From: Nocardioidaceae bacterium | Lineage (GTDB): Bacteria; Actinomycetota; Actinomycetes; Propionibacteriales; Nocardioidaceae | Reading direction: 5' to 3' | Assembly: GCA_050996395.1 (NCBI GenBank) | Contig: JBPCRX010000127.1 | Location: 1 to 44,643, forward strand | Length of the DNA: 44,643 bases | The notes under the pieces: generated by a model | Database searches by the model: none | What the model saw: the letters and a program-made list of their open reading frames with translations, nothing else | What the model was told of the DNA's origin: nothing | Translations under genes and position numbers: made by a program | Part shown: positions 1 to 8,289 of the stretch, in pieces | Layout: the number at the start of each line of letters is the position of its first letter | Position numbering within the stretch: the first letter of the stretch is position 1

Positions 1-105
1 GGTGAGGTGGAAGGTGGATACCGACCCTCACCACCACCGCAAGTGCCCAAAGCACCCAGGCCCGCGCCTATTCATGCGACAGCCTCTGACCAAGGCTTTT
101 ACGGG

Positions 106-177
106 TGGGCGCAGCAGGGATCGAACCTGCGACCACCTCCTTGTAAGGGAGGTGCTCTACCGCTGAGCTATACGCCC
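106..177 (-). tRNA. tRNA-Val (anticodon TAC)
   Basis: Reverse complement reads GGGCGTATAGCTCAGCGGTAGAGCACCTCCCTTACAAGGAGGTGGTCGCAGGTTCGATCCCTGCTGCGCCCA. It has a 7-bp acceptor stem (one G-U), a D arm GCTC/GAGC, anticodon stem CCTCC/GGAGG with loop CTTACAA, and a T arm GCAGG-TTCGATC-CCTGC. Confidence 0.9.
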
Positions 178-406
178 CGAGCGAGGGCACAGCCTAGTCG
201 ACCTAACCGCAACCAGCGGCCCCCAAACAAGCCGTCCCGCGACACGTCAGTGACGGTCAGCGACCGCCATCACCGCAGCCGGACACGACCGCCAACGTCT
301 CGGTTCGTTGACGGTCGTGCCGTCACCATGGAACACCGGCGCAAGAAGTCGGCGCAGTCGTTCGAGAAGAAACGCTGGTCAGTCGCACGCTGAGTGATCA
401 ACAGAT

Positions 407-868
407 TCAGGTGAGCCGGGCGATCTCGGTCCGGTAGTCCTCCAGGTTGCGAGCCTGTGGCATCTCGTTGTGCACGCTCCAACGCACGACGCCCTCCCCA
501 TCAATGATGAAGGTCGCTCTCTCGGCGCACCCTCTGGTCTCGTTCAGGACGCCGTAGGCCGCCGCGACCTCGCCATGCGGCCAGAAGTCGCTCAACAGGG
601 GAAAGGTGTAGCGGTCTCGGTCGGAGAACGCCCGCAGCGAGAACATCGGGTCGCACGACACCGCCAGCATCGCGGTGGAGTCGTTACTGAAATCCTGCAT
701 ATGGTCGCGCATCTCGCACAGCTCGCCGGTGCAGACACCACTGAAGGCGAAGGGGTAGAACACGAGTACGACGTTCTGCTTGCCGGTGTAGTCCGAAAGG
801 CGAACCGTCGCACCGTGCTGGTCCTGCAAGCCGAAGTCCGGAGCCGCCTCGCCCACCTGCGCGCTCAA
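407..868 (-). CDS. ahpE: AhpE-type 1-Cys peroxiredoxin
   Basis: The C-terminal ~153 aa of ORF 407..1006 match the mycobacterial AhpE pattern (APDFxLxDQ..., VLVFYPFAFSGVCTGEL, TFPLLSDFWPHGEV). Start moved to TTG at 868 (M-SAQVGEAAPDF), which matches the family N-terminus. TGA stop. Confidence 0.85.
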   Translation of the reverse strand: MSAQVGEAAPDFGLQDQHGATVRLSDYTGKQNVVLVFYPFAFSGVCTGELCEMRDHMQDFSNDSTAMLAVSCDPMFSLRAFSDRDRYTFPLLSDFWPHGEVAAAYGVLNETRGCAERATFIIDGEGVVRWSVHNEMPQARNLEDYRTEIARLT

Positions 869-884
869 CGGCCGGGTCTCGCGG

Positions 885-1283
885 TCACTTCCGAGCCGAG
901 CGTGCCGACTTCGGTGACACCAGCTTCGTCGCCGCCCAGTCCAGACCTGCGGCCAAGCTCGTGGTGGCCGAGAGCCCTGCCGTGGGTGCCGCCTCCGCGA
1001 TATCACTGGCGTCCACGTGGTTCGAGCGTCCGACCTTGGGCGTCATCAACCAGATGGTGCCGCCGTCGGCGAGGTCGGTGAGCGAGTCGACCAGACCGTC
1101 GATGAGGTCGCCGTCGTCGTCGCGCCACCACAGGACGACAGCGTCGACGACGTCGCCGTACCTGTCGTCCACGAGCTGCGCTCCCACCGCCTCCTCGAAC
1201 GCGGAACGGAGTCCTTCGTCGATGTCCTCGTCCCAGCCCAGCTCCTGGACCACCATGCCGGACTGGAACCCGAACCGGCTCAC
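885..1283 (-). CDS. DUF3052 domain protein (homolog of the gene next to ahpE in mycobacteria)
   Basis: ORF 885..1622. The conserved part is GFQSGMVVQELGWDEDIDEGLRSAFEEAVGAQLVDDRYGDVVDAVVLWWRDDDGDLIDGLVD...IWLMTPK...IAEAAPTAGL. Start set at in-frame GTG 1283. The upstream part of the ORF has no family-like sequence, and the start is uncertain by tens of codons. Confidence 0.7.
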   Translation of the reverse strand: MSRFGFQSGMVVQELGWDEDIDEGLRSAFEEAVGAQLVDDRYGDVVDAVVLWWRDDDGDLIDGLVDSLTDLADGGTIWLMTPKVGRSNHVDASDIAEAAPTAGLSATTSLAAGLDWAATKLVSPKSARSARK

Positions 1284-1557
1284 CGGTCCACCGTCCGGCG
1301 CGCCCGCGGTCGCGTTCCCGAAACTCCTCCTCGGCTGTGGACGCACCTCGCGTGCACCCTTCGACGCAGGGTAGTCCACCGCAGGTCGGGCTCGGGTTGC
1401 AAGGGCTGAGCACCGTTGCGCTGACTGAGCGGAGAACGCGCGGATGCCCGCCAGAAGGCCGTCGGCATCAGTGGGACAATGGTGAAGTCCTTGCTCTGAA
1501 GTGAGGCTTGCGTGTGGGCGCCGTGTGGTCGCCCACTGATCGAGGAAGAGGTCCCAC

Positions 1558-1821
1558 GTGGCTCCTGCTGGTGACCGACCCCCAGTCATCCATGAAGGTC
1601 TGCCCACCCAGCTTCCGGACATCGACCCGGATGAGACCCAGGAATGGCTGGAGTCGCTGGACGCGCTGATCGACGAGAAGGGCCGGACAAGAGCCCGCTA
1701 CGTCATGCTCAAGCTCCTTGAGCGCGCTCGCGAAAACCAGGTGGGCGTTCCGGCGCTGCGCAGCACCGACTACATCCACACCATTCCCCCGGAGCGGGAG
1801 CCCTGGTTCCCTGGCGACTAG
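1558..1821 (+). CDS. aceE: pyruvate dehydrogenase E1 component, N-terminal fragment (ends at in-frame TAG 1819-1821)
   Basis: GTG start preceded by GAGGAAGAGG. The sequence ...[44 protein letters not shown]...[13 protein letters not shown] is the AceE N-terminus. It is in the same frame as ORF 1831..4323. Confidence 0.8.
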   Translation: MAPAGDRPPVIHEGLPTQLPDIDPDETQEWLESLDALIDEKGRTRARYVMLKLLERARENQVGVPALRSTDYIHTIPPEREPWFPGD

Positions 1822-1830
1822 TACATCGAG

Positions 1831-4323
1831 TTGCGGATCCGGGCGTTCATCCGATGGAACGCCGCAGTCATGGTGTCGCGCGCCAACCGCAAGGGCCTCG
1901 AGGTCGGCGGCCACATCGCCACCTACCAGTCGGCAGCAAGCCTTTACGAAGTCGGCTTCAACCACTTCTTTCGAGGCAAGGAACATCCGGGCGGCGGCGA
2001 CCGGATCTACATCCAGGGCCATGGGTCGCCCGGCATCTACTCGCGGGCGTTCCTCGAGGGGCGGCTGACCGAGGACCAGCTCGACGGCTTCCGCCAAGAG
2101 GTGTCGCGCGGGCCGGGACGCGGCCTGTCGTCATACCCCCACCCCCGGCTGATGCCCGACTTCTGGGAGTTCCCGACCGTCTCGATGGGGCTCACGGCAC
2201 TCAACTCCATCTACCAGGCGCGCTTCAACCGGTACCTGCAGCACCGCGGCATCAAGGACACCAGCCAGCAGCACGTCTGGGCGTTCCTGGGGGACGGAGA
2301 GATGGGAGAGCCGGAGTCGCTCGGAGCCATCGGGCTGGCTGCTCGTGAGGAGCTCGACAACCTGACGTTTGTGGTCAACTGCAACCTGCAGCAGCTCGAC
2401 GGCCCAGTGCGTGGCAACGGCAAGATCATCCAGGAGCTCGAGTCGACATTCCGCGGTGCGGGCTGGAACGTCATCAAGGTGATCTGGGGACGGGAGTGGG
2501 ACGACCTGCTCGCACGTGACGTCGACGGAGTCCTGGTCAACCAGATGAACGTGACACCCGACGGGCAGTTCCAGACGTACTCGGTCGAGACGGCCGACTA
2601 CATCCGCGACAAGTTCTTCGGCACCGATCCGCGGCTTCGGGCGATGGTCGAAGACGTGTCGGACGAGGAGCTGCGCAAGCTGCCCCGCGGTGGCCACGAC
2701 TACCGCAAGGTGTACTCGGCCTTCAAGGCCGCCACCGAACATATCGGCCAGCCCACTGTCATCTTGGCCAAGACGATCAAGGGCTGGACCATCGACGCGC
2801 TCGAGGGCCGCAACGCCACCCATCAGATGAAGAAGCTGACCAAGGAAGACCTGAAGCGGTTCCGGGACCGCTTGTTCCTGCCCATCACCGACGAGGAGAT
2901 CGACCGCAACGACGTCGCGCCGTTCTACCATCCTGGTCCGGACTCCCCCGAGATCCAGTACATGCTGGAGCGCCGCCGTCAGCTCGGCGGCCCGCTGCCG
3001 CAGCGCCGGGTCGATCCGACGACCCTCAAGCTTCCCGGCGACGAGATGTACGCCGAGCTGAAGCAAGGCTCCGGCAAGCAGGCGATCGCCACGACCATGG
3101 CCTTCGTCCGGCTGCTGCGTGACCTGATGAAGGACCCGGAGATCGGCCACCGCGTCGTGCCCATCGCACCTGACGAGTTCCGCACCTTCGGCATGGACTC
3201 GATGTTCCCCACGTCCAAGATCTACTCACCGCACGGCCAGCAGTACGAGGGCGTCGACCGCAAGATGCTGCTCACCTACAAGGAGTCCGTCCAGGGTCAG
3301 ATGCTGCACGAAGGCATCAGCGAGGCCGGCGCGATGGGGTCCACGATTGCGGCCGGAACGGCATACTCCACTCACGGCGAGCCGATGATCCCCGTCTACA
3401 TCTTCTACTCGATGTTCGGGTTCCAGCGCACGGGCGACTCGATCTGGTCGTTCGCGGACCAGCTCGGCCGAGGCTTCCTCGTCGGGGCGACGGCCGGGCG
3501 TACGACGCTCACGGGCGAGGGGCTGCAGCATGCCGACGGGCACTCACCGCTGCTCGCCTCGACTAACCCGGCCTGCGTGACCTACGACCCGGCGTTCGCC
3601 TACGAGATCAGCCACATCGTGCAGAACGGCCTGGCCCGCATGTACGGGTCGACCGACGAGCACCCTTACGGTGAGGACGTCTTCTATTACCTGACGCTCT
3701 ACAACGAGCCGACCGTGCAGCTGCCTGAGCCGGACGGGGTGGATGCCGATGGGATTCTGCGGGGCCTGCACCTGGTGCGTCCCGCCGACACCGGTGAGGG
3801 AGACCAGCGGCCGCGTGCGCAGCTCTTGGCGTCAGGTGTCGCGGTGCCATGGGCGATCAAGGCGCAGCGGCTGCTCGCCGAGGAGTGGCAGGTGCGGGCC
3901 GATGTCTGGTCGGTGACGTCCTGGAACGAGCTGGCGCGCGAGGCGCTGTGCGTCGACTCGTGGAACCTGCTGCACCCGGGCGGGGAGCCCCAGACGCCAT
4001 ACGTCACGTCGAAGCTGCAGGAGCACCCCGGTCCGCTCGTGGCGGTGAGTGACTACATGCGTGCGGTACCCGACCAGATCGCGCAATGGGTGCCGTCGGA
4101 CTGGCACTCTCTCGGCACCGACGGGTTCGGCTTTGCCGACACACGGGCGGCGGCGCGGCGCTTCTTCAAGGTCGACGCCGAGTCGGTCGTCGTGGCCGCC
4201 CTCGAGGCGCTGGCGAAGCGCGGCGAGATGGATCCCGCTCGGGCGGCGGAGGCGTTGGCGTCATACCGGATCGACGACCCGACTGCCGTTGCCGGCGTCA
4301 AGCAGGAAGGCGCCGGCGCCTGA
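1831..4323 (+). CDS. aceE: pyruvate dehydrogenase E1 component, main body (continues the 1558 frame after the TAG; homology already resumes at 1822)
   Basis: 830-aa ORF with AceE hallmarks: [75 protein letters not shown]. Joined to the N-fragment the product is about 921 aa, the normal AceE size. Confidence 0.9.
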   Translation: MRIRAFIRWNAAVMVSRANRKGLEVGGHIATYQSAASLYEVGFNHFFRGKEHPGGGDRIYIQGHGSPGIYSRAFLEGRLTEDQLDGFRQEVSRGPGRGLSSYPHPRLMPDFWEFPTVSMGLTALNSIYQARFNRYLQHRGIKDTSQQHVWAFLGDGEMGEPESLGAIGLAAREELDNLTFVVNCNLQQLDGPVRGNGKIIQELESTFRGAGWNVIKVIWGREWDDLLARDVDGVLVNQMNVTPDGQFQTYSVETADYIRDKFFGTDPRLRAMVEDVSDEELRKLPRGGHDYRKVYSAFKAATEHIGQPTVILAKTIKGWTIDALEGRNATHQMKKLTKEDLKRFRDRLFLPITDEEIDRNDVAPFYHPGPDSPEIQYMLERRRQLGGPLPQRRVDPTTLKLPGDEMYAELKQGSGKQAIATTMAFVRLLRDLMKDPEIGHRVVPIAPDEFRTFGMDSMFPTSKIYSPHGQQYEGVDRKMLLTYKESVQGQMLHEGISEAGAMGSTIAAGTAYSTHGEPMIPVYIFYSMFGFQRTGDSIWSFADQLGRGFLVGATAGRTTLTGEGLQHADGHSPLLASTNPACVTYDPAFAYEISHIVQNGLARMYGSTDEHPYGEDVFYYLTLYNEPTVQLPEPDGVDADGILRGLHLVRPADTGEGDQRPRAQLLASGVAVPWAIKAQRLLAEEWQVRADVWSVTSWNELAREALCVDSWNLLHPGGEPQTPYVTSKLQEHPGPLVAVSDYMRAVPDQIAQWVPSDWHSLGTDGFGFADTRAAARRFFKVDAESVVVAALEALAKRGEMDPARAAEALASYRIDDPTAVAGVKQEGAGA

Positions 4324-4328
4324 CGAGT

Positions 4329-4413
4329 CCCTTCGAGATGCGCGAAAGTGCGGTCATCGGGGCGTGGAGACAACATTCTCGCGCAGCTCGCGCAACTCGC
4401 GCAGCTCGCGGAG
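4329..4413. repeat. degenerate copy of the GAGATGCGC...TTCTCGCGCA hairpin repeat, ending in a (CTCGCGCAN)x4 9-bp microsatellite (4378-4413)
   Basis: CCCTTCGAGATGCGCGAAAG...ACATTCTCGCGCAG resembles the ends of the 86-bp unit at 5640-5811. It is followed by ctcgcgcag ctcgcgcaa ctcgcgcag ctcgcggag. Confidence 0.6.
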
Positions 4414-4551
4414 TCCGGGGGCCCACCTTGAGGCACGGGCTGGCTCCGGACCGGATTGCCGACCTGTGGACACCGGCCTGAGACCACGACCCGGGCTCAG
4501 GACTGTGGACAAGCACCGCGCGTTCGACGCCGATCCAGGCAGGCTCTCGGC

Positions 4552-5598
4552 ATGCCATCCCACCAGGCCCGATTGAGGCAAGAGGGCCGACGTGCCTGCC
4601 TGCCGCTCGCGCTGTCTGAGCTGGAGGCGTGCGGAATAAGTCGTGGACGGGCCCGAGGACCCGGGTGGCGCCGGACGTCATACGGCTACTACGCACCTGC
4701 CGGCGTCGGTATGACGCATGGGGGGCCAAGTCCACTGCAACGCATCCTCGACGCCTCGCCTCTGGTGCCAGAATTGGGCGCGTTCACCGGATGGGCGGCT
4801 GCGTATCTGGCTGGCGTCGCTGCACTCGACGGGCACGATTCGAACACTGTGCAGCCGCTAGCCGTGCCCATCTCCCTCGGCGGTCCTAGCGGTCGAGGGC
4901 TCTGCAGCAATGTTGTCTACCTGCGCGACCAGCTCTGCGAGGAAGAGGTACGAACCACGACCCTGCGCATACCTGACCTGGCCAACGGCTCAGCGGTGTC
5001 CGTTGCGGTGAGGACAACCGTCGCGGTCAGAGCGACATACGACGCAATGCGGCGTGCCCGCGACCTGGCTGAGGCGGTTGCGACCATTGACGCGTGCACG
5101 CACGCCCTTTGGGTCAGGCTCGCTGATCTGCAGGGCTTCCTTTCCGCACGCCAGGGAGCGCGGCGGATCACCATGGTTCGCCAGGCGGTCTCGATGGCCG
5201 ATCCTGCCGCTCGCAGTCCATGGGAAAGTCGACTGCGCGTCTTCTATGTAGAGGTGGCCGGACTCCCACGGCCGGGAGTCAACGTGCCGATCTTCGACCG
5301 CGTAGGGCGGCTTCTCGGCATCGCCGATCTTCTCGACGAGGAGGCCGGACTCGTGACCGAGTTCGACGGCGCCCAGCACCACGAGAGAGGCCAGCATCGA
5401 GCAGACAACGAACGCGAAGAGCTGTTCGAGGATGCAGGGTTGACCGTGGTCCGGGCGGACAGCCTCGACCTCGCCCGCTACCCAGCTCGTCTGGTCAGCC
5501 GTTTGCGATCCGGCTCTCGGCGAGGAAGGGCGCGCGACCGCCGCCGTGACCTGTGGACGGTCGAAGCGCCGCCCTGGTGGGAGGAACGCTGCGGCTGA
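4552..5598 (+). CDS. DUF559/Vsr-like endonuclease-fold hypothetical protein (paralog of 43573..end)
   Basis: ORF 4456..5598, with ATG 4552 chosen as start. N-terminal GxRGPGWRRTSYGYY and C-terminal TEFDGAQHHERGQHRADNEREELFEDAGLTVVR (E-x-DG-x-x-H ... D-x-x-R-x-x-x-L motif) are shared with the ORF at the contig end. Confidence 0.6.
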   Translation: MPSHQARLRQEGRRACLPLALSELEACGISRGRARGPGWRRTSYGYYAPAGVGMTHGGPSPLQRILDASPLVPELGAFTGWAAAYLAGVAALDGHDSNTVQPLAVPISLGGPSGRGLCSNVVYLRDQLCEEEVRTTTLRIPDLANGSAVSVAVRTTVAVRATYDAMRRARDLAEAVATIDACTHALWVRLADLQGFLSARQGARRITMVRQAVSMADPAARSPWESRLRVFYVEVAGLPRPGVNVPIFDRVGRLLGIADLLDEEAGLVTEFDGAQHHERGQHRADNEREELFEDAGLTVVRADSLDLARYPARLVSRLRSGSRRGRARDRRRDLWTVEAPPWWEERCG

Positions 5599-5606
5599 CC
5601 GCGGCA

Positions 5607-5831
5607 GTTCCCTCGAGTACCGGAGGAATGCGGGGGGCTGGCTTCGCGAGATGCGCCAGGATGTTCGCTCCGGGCCGATCCGGCCACGTTCTCGCGCATC
5701 TCGGGGTCGGGGCATGCGGGGTCCCGGCTTCGCGAGATGCGCCAGGATGTCCGCTCCGGGCCGATCCGGCCACGTTCTCGCGCATCTCGGGGTCGGGGCA
5801 TGCGGGGTCCCGGCTTCGCGACATGCGCCAG
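5607..5831. repeat. 86-bp tandem repeat, 2 full copies (5640-5725, 5726-5811; 85/86 identical) plus degenerate flanking partial copies
   Basis: Period measured from GGCTTCGCGAGATGCGCC at 5640, 5726 and 5812. Each unit has an outer 10-bp inverted repeat CGAGATGCGC/GCGCATCTCG (for example 5647-5656 with 5694-5703) enclosing an inner GGCCG-ATC-CGGCC hairpin (5673-5685). It lies between convergent genes. Confidence 0.9.
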
Positions 5832-6860
5832 TCAACGCTTGGCGTGGGTCCACTCGAGGAGGCGGTCCAACGGCCAGGTGTTGACGATCCGCTCAGCCGG
5901 TATGCCGTTGGCGGCGGCCCGCGCGCAACCGTAGTCCTGAAAGCACAGCTGGCCGGGCGCGTGCGCGTCGGTGTCGATGCTGAACAGGCACCCTGCATCG
6001 AGCGCCATCTGGATGAGGCGCGAAGGAGGATCGCGCCGCTCAGGTCTCGAGTTGATCTCCACCGCGACGTCGAACTGGGCGCAGGCCGCGAACACCACCT
6101 CGGCGTCGAACTGCGACTCCGGTCGCAGTCCTCGCGAGCCCTCCACGAGCCGTCCGGTGCAGTGGCCGAGCACGTTGGTATGACGGTTGGCGACACCACC
6201 GACCATCCGAAGCGTCATTGTTTCCGCATCAGCACGCAGCTTGGAGTGGACGCTTGCAACCACCACGTCGAGCTGGTCCAGCATCGTAGCCGTCTGGTCG
6301 AGGCCGCCGTCCTCCAAGATGTCCGCCTCGATCGCCGGCAGCAGCGTGAAGCCGTCGTGCTGCTCGTTGATCGCGGCTATGACTCCGATTTGCTCGGTCA
6401 ACCGCTCTGGGGACAACCCGTTGGCCACCGTCAACCGGGGCGAGTGGTCGGTCAGCGCGAGATAGGAGTGGCCGACGACGCGCGCGGCCCTGACCATCTC
6501 CTCGATCGGCGACCCGCCGTCTGACCAGTTCGAGTGCGAGTGCAGATCGCCCTTGATCTCGGCGCGGATGCCCTCCCCGCCGGATGCGAGCGGGGCCTGG
6601 CCGCGCTGTCGCAGCTCCACCAGCTTGCGCGGCACTCCCCCGGTGCTGGCCTCCATCACGACGGCCGATGTGGACTTGCCGACAGATGGCACCTCCGTCA
6701 ACGAGGCGTCAGCGATGCGCTGCTGCACCTCGCCCTCTGGGAGTCCCGCGAGCGCCCAGGCGGCGCGGCGGTAGGCCTCGACCCGCCGCGTCTCCGCCCG
6801 CTCGCGTTCCATCCAAAAGGCGATCTCGGACAACGCGTCGACTCCGTCCACGATGTCCAT
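5832..6860 (-). CDS. PHP-domain phosphoesterase with N-terminal helix-hairpin-helix region (PolX C-terminal-like, no polymerase domain)
   Basis: Starts at ATG 6860 (MDIVDGVDALSEIAFWMERE...). PHP motifs are present: GDLHSHSNWSDG, ALTDHS, SVHS, LGHCTGR, SIDTDAH. The longer ORF up to 7349 has no recognisable N-terminal sequence. Confidence 0.8.
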   Translation of the reverse strand: MDIVDGVDALSEIAFWMERERAETRRVEAYRRAAWALAGLPEGEVQQRIADASLTEVPSVGKSTSAVVMEASTGGVPRKLVELRQRGQAPLASGGEGIRAEIKGDLHSHSNWSDGGSPIEEMVRAARVVGHSYLALTDHSPRLTVANGLSPERLTEQIGVIAAINEQHDGFTLLPAIEADILEDGGLDQTATMLDQLDVVVASVHSKLRADAETMTLRMVGGVANRHTNVLGHCTGRLVEGSRGLRPESQFDAEVVFAACAQFDVAVEINSRPERRDPPSRLIQMALDAGCLFSIDTDAHAPGQLCFQDYGCARAAANGIPAERIVNTWPLDRLLEWTHAKR

Positions 6861-7029
6861 CCTGCCGCCTCGGTGCAGAGGTGCGTCACGGGCAGCGTGG
6901 CAGCGGCGCGAACCGGCCCGGACACGAGCCGAACTCGCGACGGGTGGCGGTTGACCACTAACTCTCCATTTGTCCAAAGGCAACAACTTCCGTACGGCGC
7001 TTGAGCCGTCAACTCGATAAGGTCTCCGC

Positions 7030-8211
7030 ATGGCTGCTGCCGTGGATGACGACAGGCCGCCACCGCTCGGCAGGACTGACGTCACAGCACAGCTGGAGCA
7101 AGCGGTCGGGTCCCTCACCCAGTCCGCCATTGCCACGATGAACGACGACCTGCCCTGGTTCCGGGCGCTCAGCGCCGAGGAGCGGTCCTGGATCGGCCTC
7201 ATCGCGGGAGCGGGCATCTCCTCCTTCGTCGACTGGTTCCGCACGCCGTCGACCCGGCCCACCGTGACGGTCAACGTCTTCGGTACCGCCCCGCGAGAGC
7301 TGACCGGCGTCATCACTTTGCAGCAGACGGTCGAGATGGTGCGGACCACGATCGGGGTGGTCGAGGCGCGGGTCGAGCAGGTGGTCGGTCCGGAGATTGC
7401 TCCCTCGGTGCGGGAGGCGGTGTTGCTCTACTCCCGTGAGATCGCCTTCGCTGCGGCCGACATCTATGCCCGCGCCGCCGAGCAGCGCGGCGCCTGGGAC
7501 GCGCGCTTGGAGGCGCTGGTGGTGGACTCCGTGCTTCGTGGCGAGGCCGACGAGGCCGTGCGCTCGCGGGCTACCGCACTGGGCTGGGCGTCGACGAGCG
7601 GAGTCTGCGTCGTCCTCGGTTTCACTCCGGACGTCGACGCTGCGGTCGCGGTCGATGCCGTGAAGCGCTCCGCCCGAGCAGCCCGGCTGGACGCGCTGTG
7701 CGCGGTCCAAGGTGACCGGTTGGTGGTCGTGCTGGGTGGCGTGAGCGACGTCGACCGAGCCGCCGGGGTCATCGCAGCTCATTTCGGACCCGGCGCCCTT
7801 GTCACAGGCCCGGTCGTCGAGGACCTCCTGGTCGCCAGCGTGTCGGCCAGGGCGGCGGTCGCCGGGCTGCGGGCGGCGGTCGCCTGGCCAAAGCGCCCGC
7901 GCCCGGTGACGAGCGACGATCTGCTCCCCGAACGTTCCTTGGCCGGTGACGGCCATGCCAGGCGACAGCTCGTCTCGACGGTCTACCAGCCTCTCGTGGA
8001 CGCCGGGTCAAGCCTGCTCGACACCTTGACGGCATACCTCGACGCACGTGGCTCGATCGAGGCGACTGCCCGCACGTTGTTCGTGCACCCCAACACGGTG
8101 CGGTACCGGCTCCGGCGCATCGCCGACGTGACCCATCTGTCGCCAACCGATGCCCGCGACGCCTACACCTTGCAGATCTCGCTTACCTTGGGACGATTGC
8201 TCAGCTTGTAG
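7030..8211 (+). CDS. PucR-family transcriptional regulator (FasR/MabR-like, upstream of the fab operon)
   Basis: C-terminal PucR HTH: TLTAYLDARGSIEATARTLFVHPNTVRYRLRRIADV. Its position immediately upstream of fabD matches mycobacterial MabR and Streptomyces FasR. TAG stop. Confidence 0.85.
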   Translation: MAAAVDDDRPPPLGRTDVTAQLEQAVGSLTQSAIATMNDDLPWFRALSAEERSWIGLIAGAGISSFVDWFRTPSTRPTVTVNVFGTAPRELTGVITLQQTVEMVRTTIGVVEARVEQVVGPEIAPSVREAVLLYSREIAFAAADIYARAAEQRGAWDARLEALVVDSVLRGEADEAVRSRATALGWASTSGVCVVLGFTPDVDAAVAVDAVKRSARAARLDALCAVQGDRLVVVLGGVSDVDRAAGVIAAHFGPGALVTGPVVEDLLVASVSARAAVAGLRAAVAWPKRPRPVTSDDLLPERSLAGDGHARRQLVSTVYQPLVDAGSSLLDTLTAYLDARGSIEATARTLFVHPNTVRYRLRRIADVTHLSPTDARDAYTLQISLTLGRLLSL

Positions 8212-8289
8212 GAATCCTCTAAAGAATCCGCGCCAACTTTCGTCTGCACCTCAACAATCCGATCAGGCCCGCCACGGCATGATGGGAGC

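Noticed and set aside
7-393. 128-aa ORF at the window start.
   Set aside because: It overlaps tRNA-Val on the opposite strand, has a Pro/Arg-rich low-complexity translation, and shows no motif.
2131-3150. Long ORFs antisense to or overlapping well-supported genes. Examples: 2131..3150(-), 5553..6524(+), 7009..7956(-), 9329..10336(-), 22475..23701(-), 26588..27709(+), 32516..33487(+), 34648..36120(+), 37250..38197(-), 42507..43484(-).
   Set aside because: They are typical high-GC shadow ORFs. Their translations are Arg/Pro/Gly/Ala-rich with no recognisable motifs, and each lies opposite a gene with clear family signatures.
5607-5831. Possible CRISPR array, given the regularly repeated palindromic units.
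   Set aside because: The units are directly abutting 86-bp tandem copies with no unique spacers. No cas genes are present in the window.
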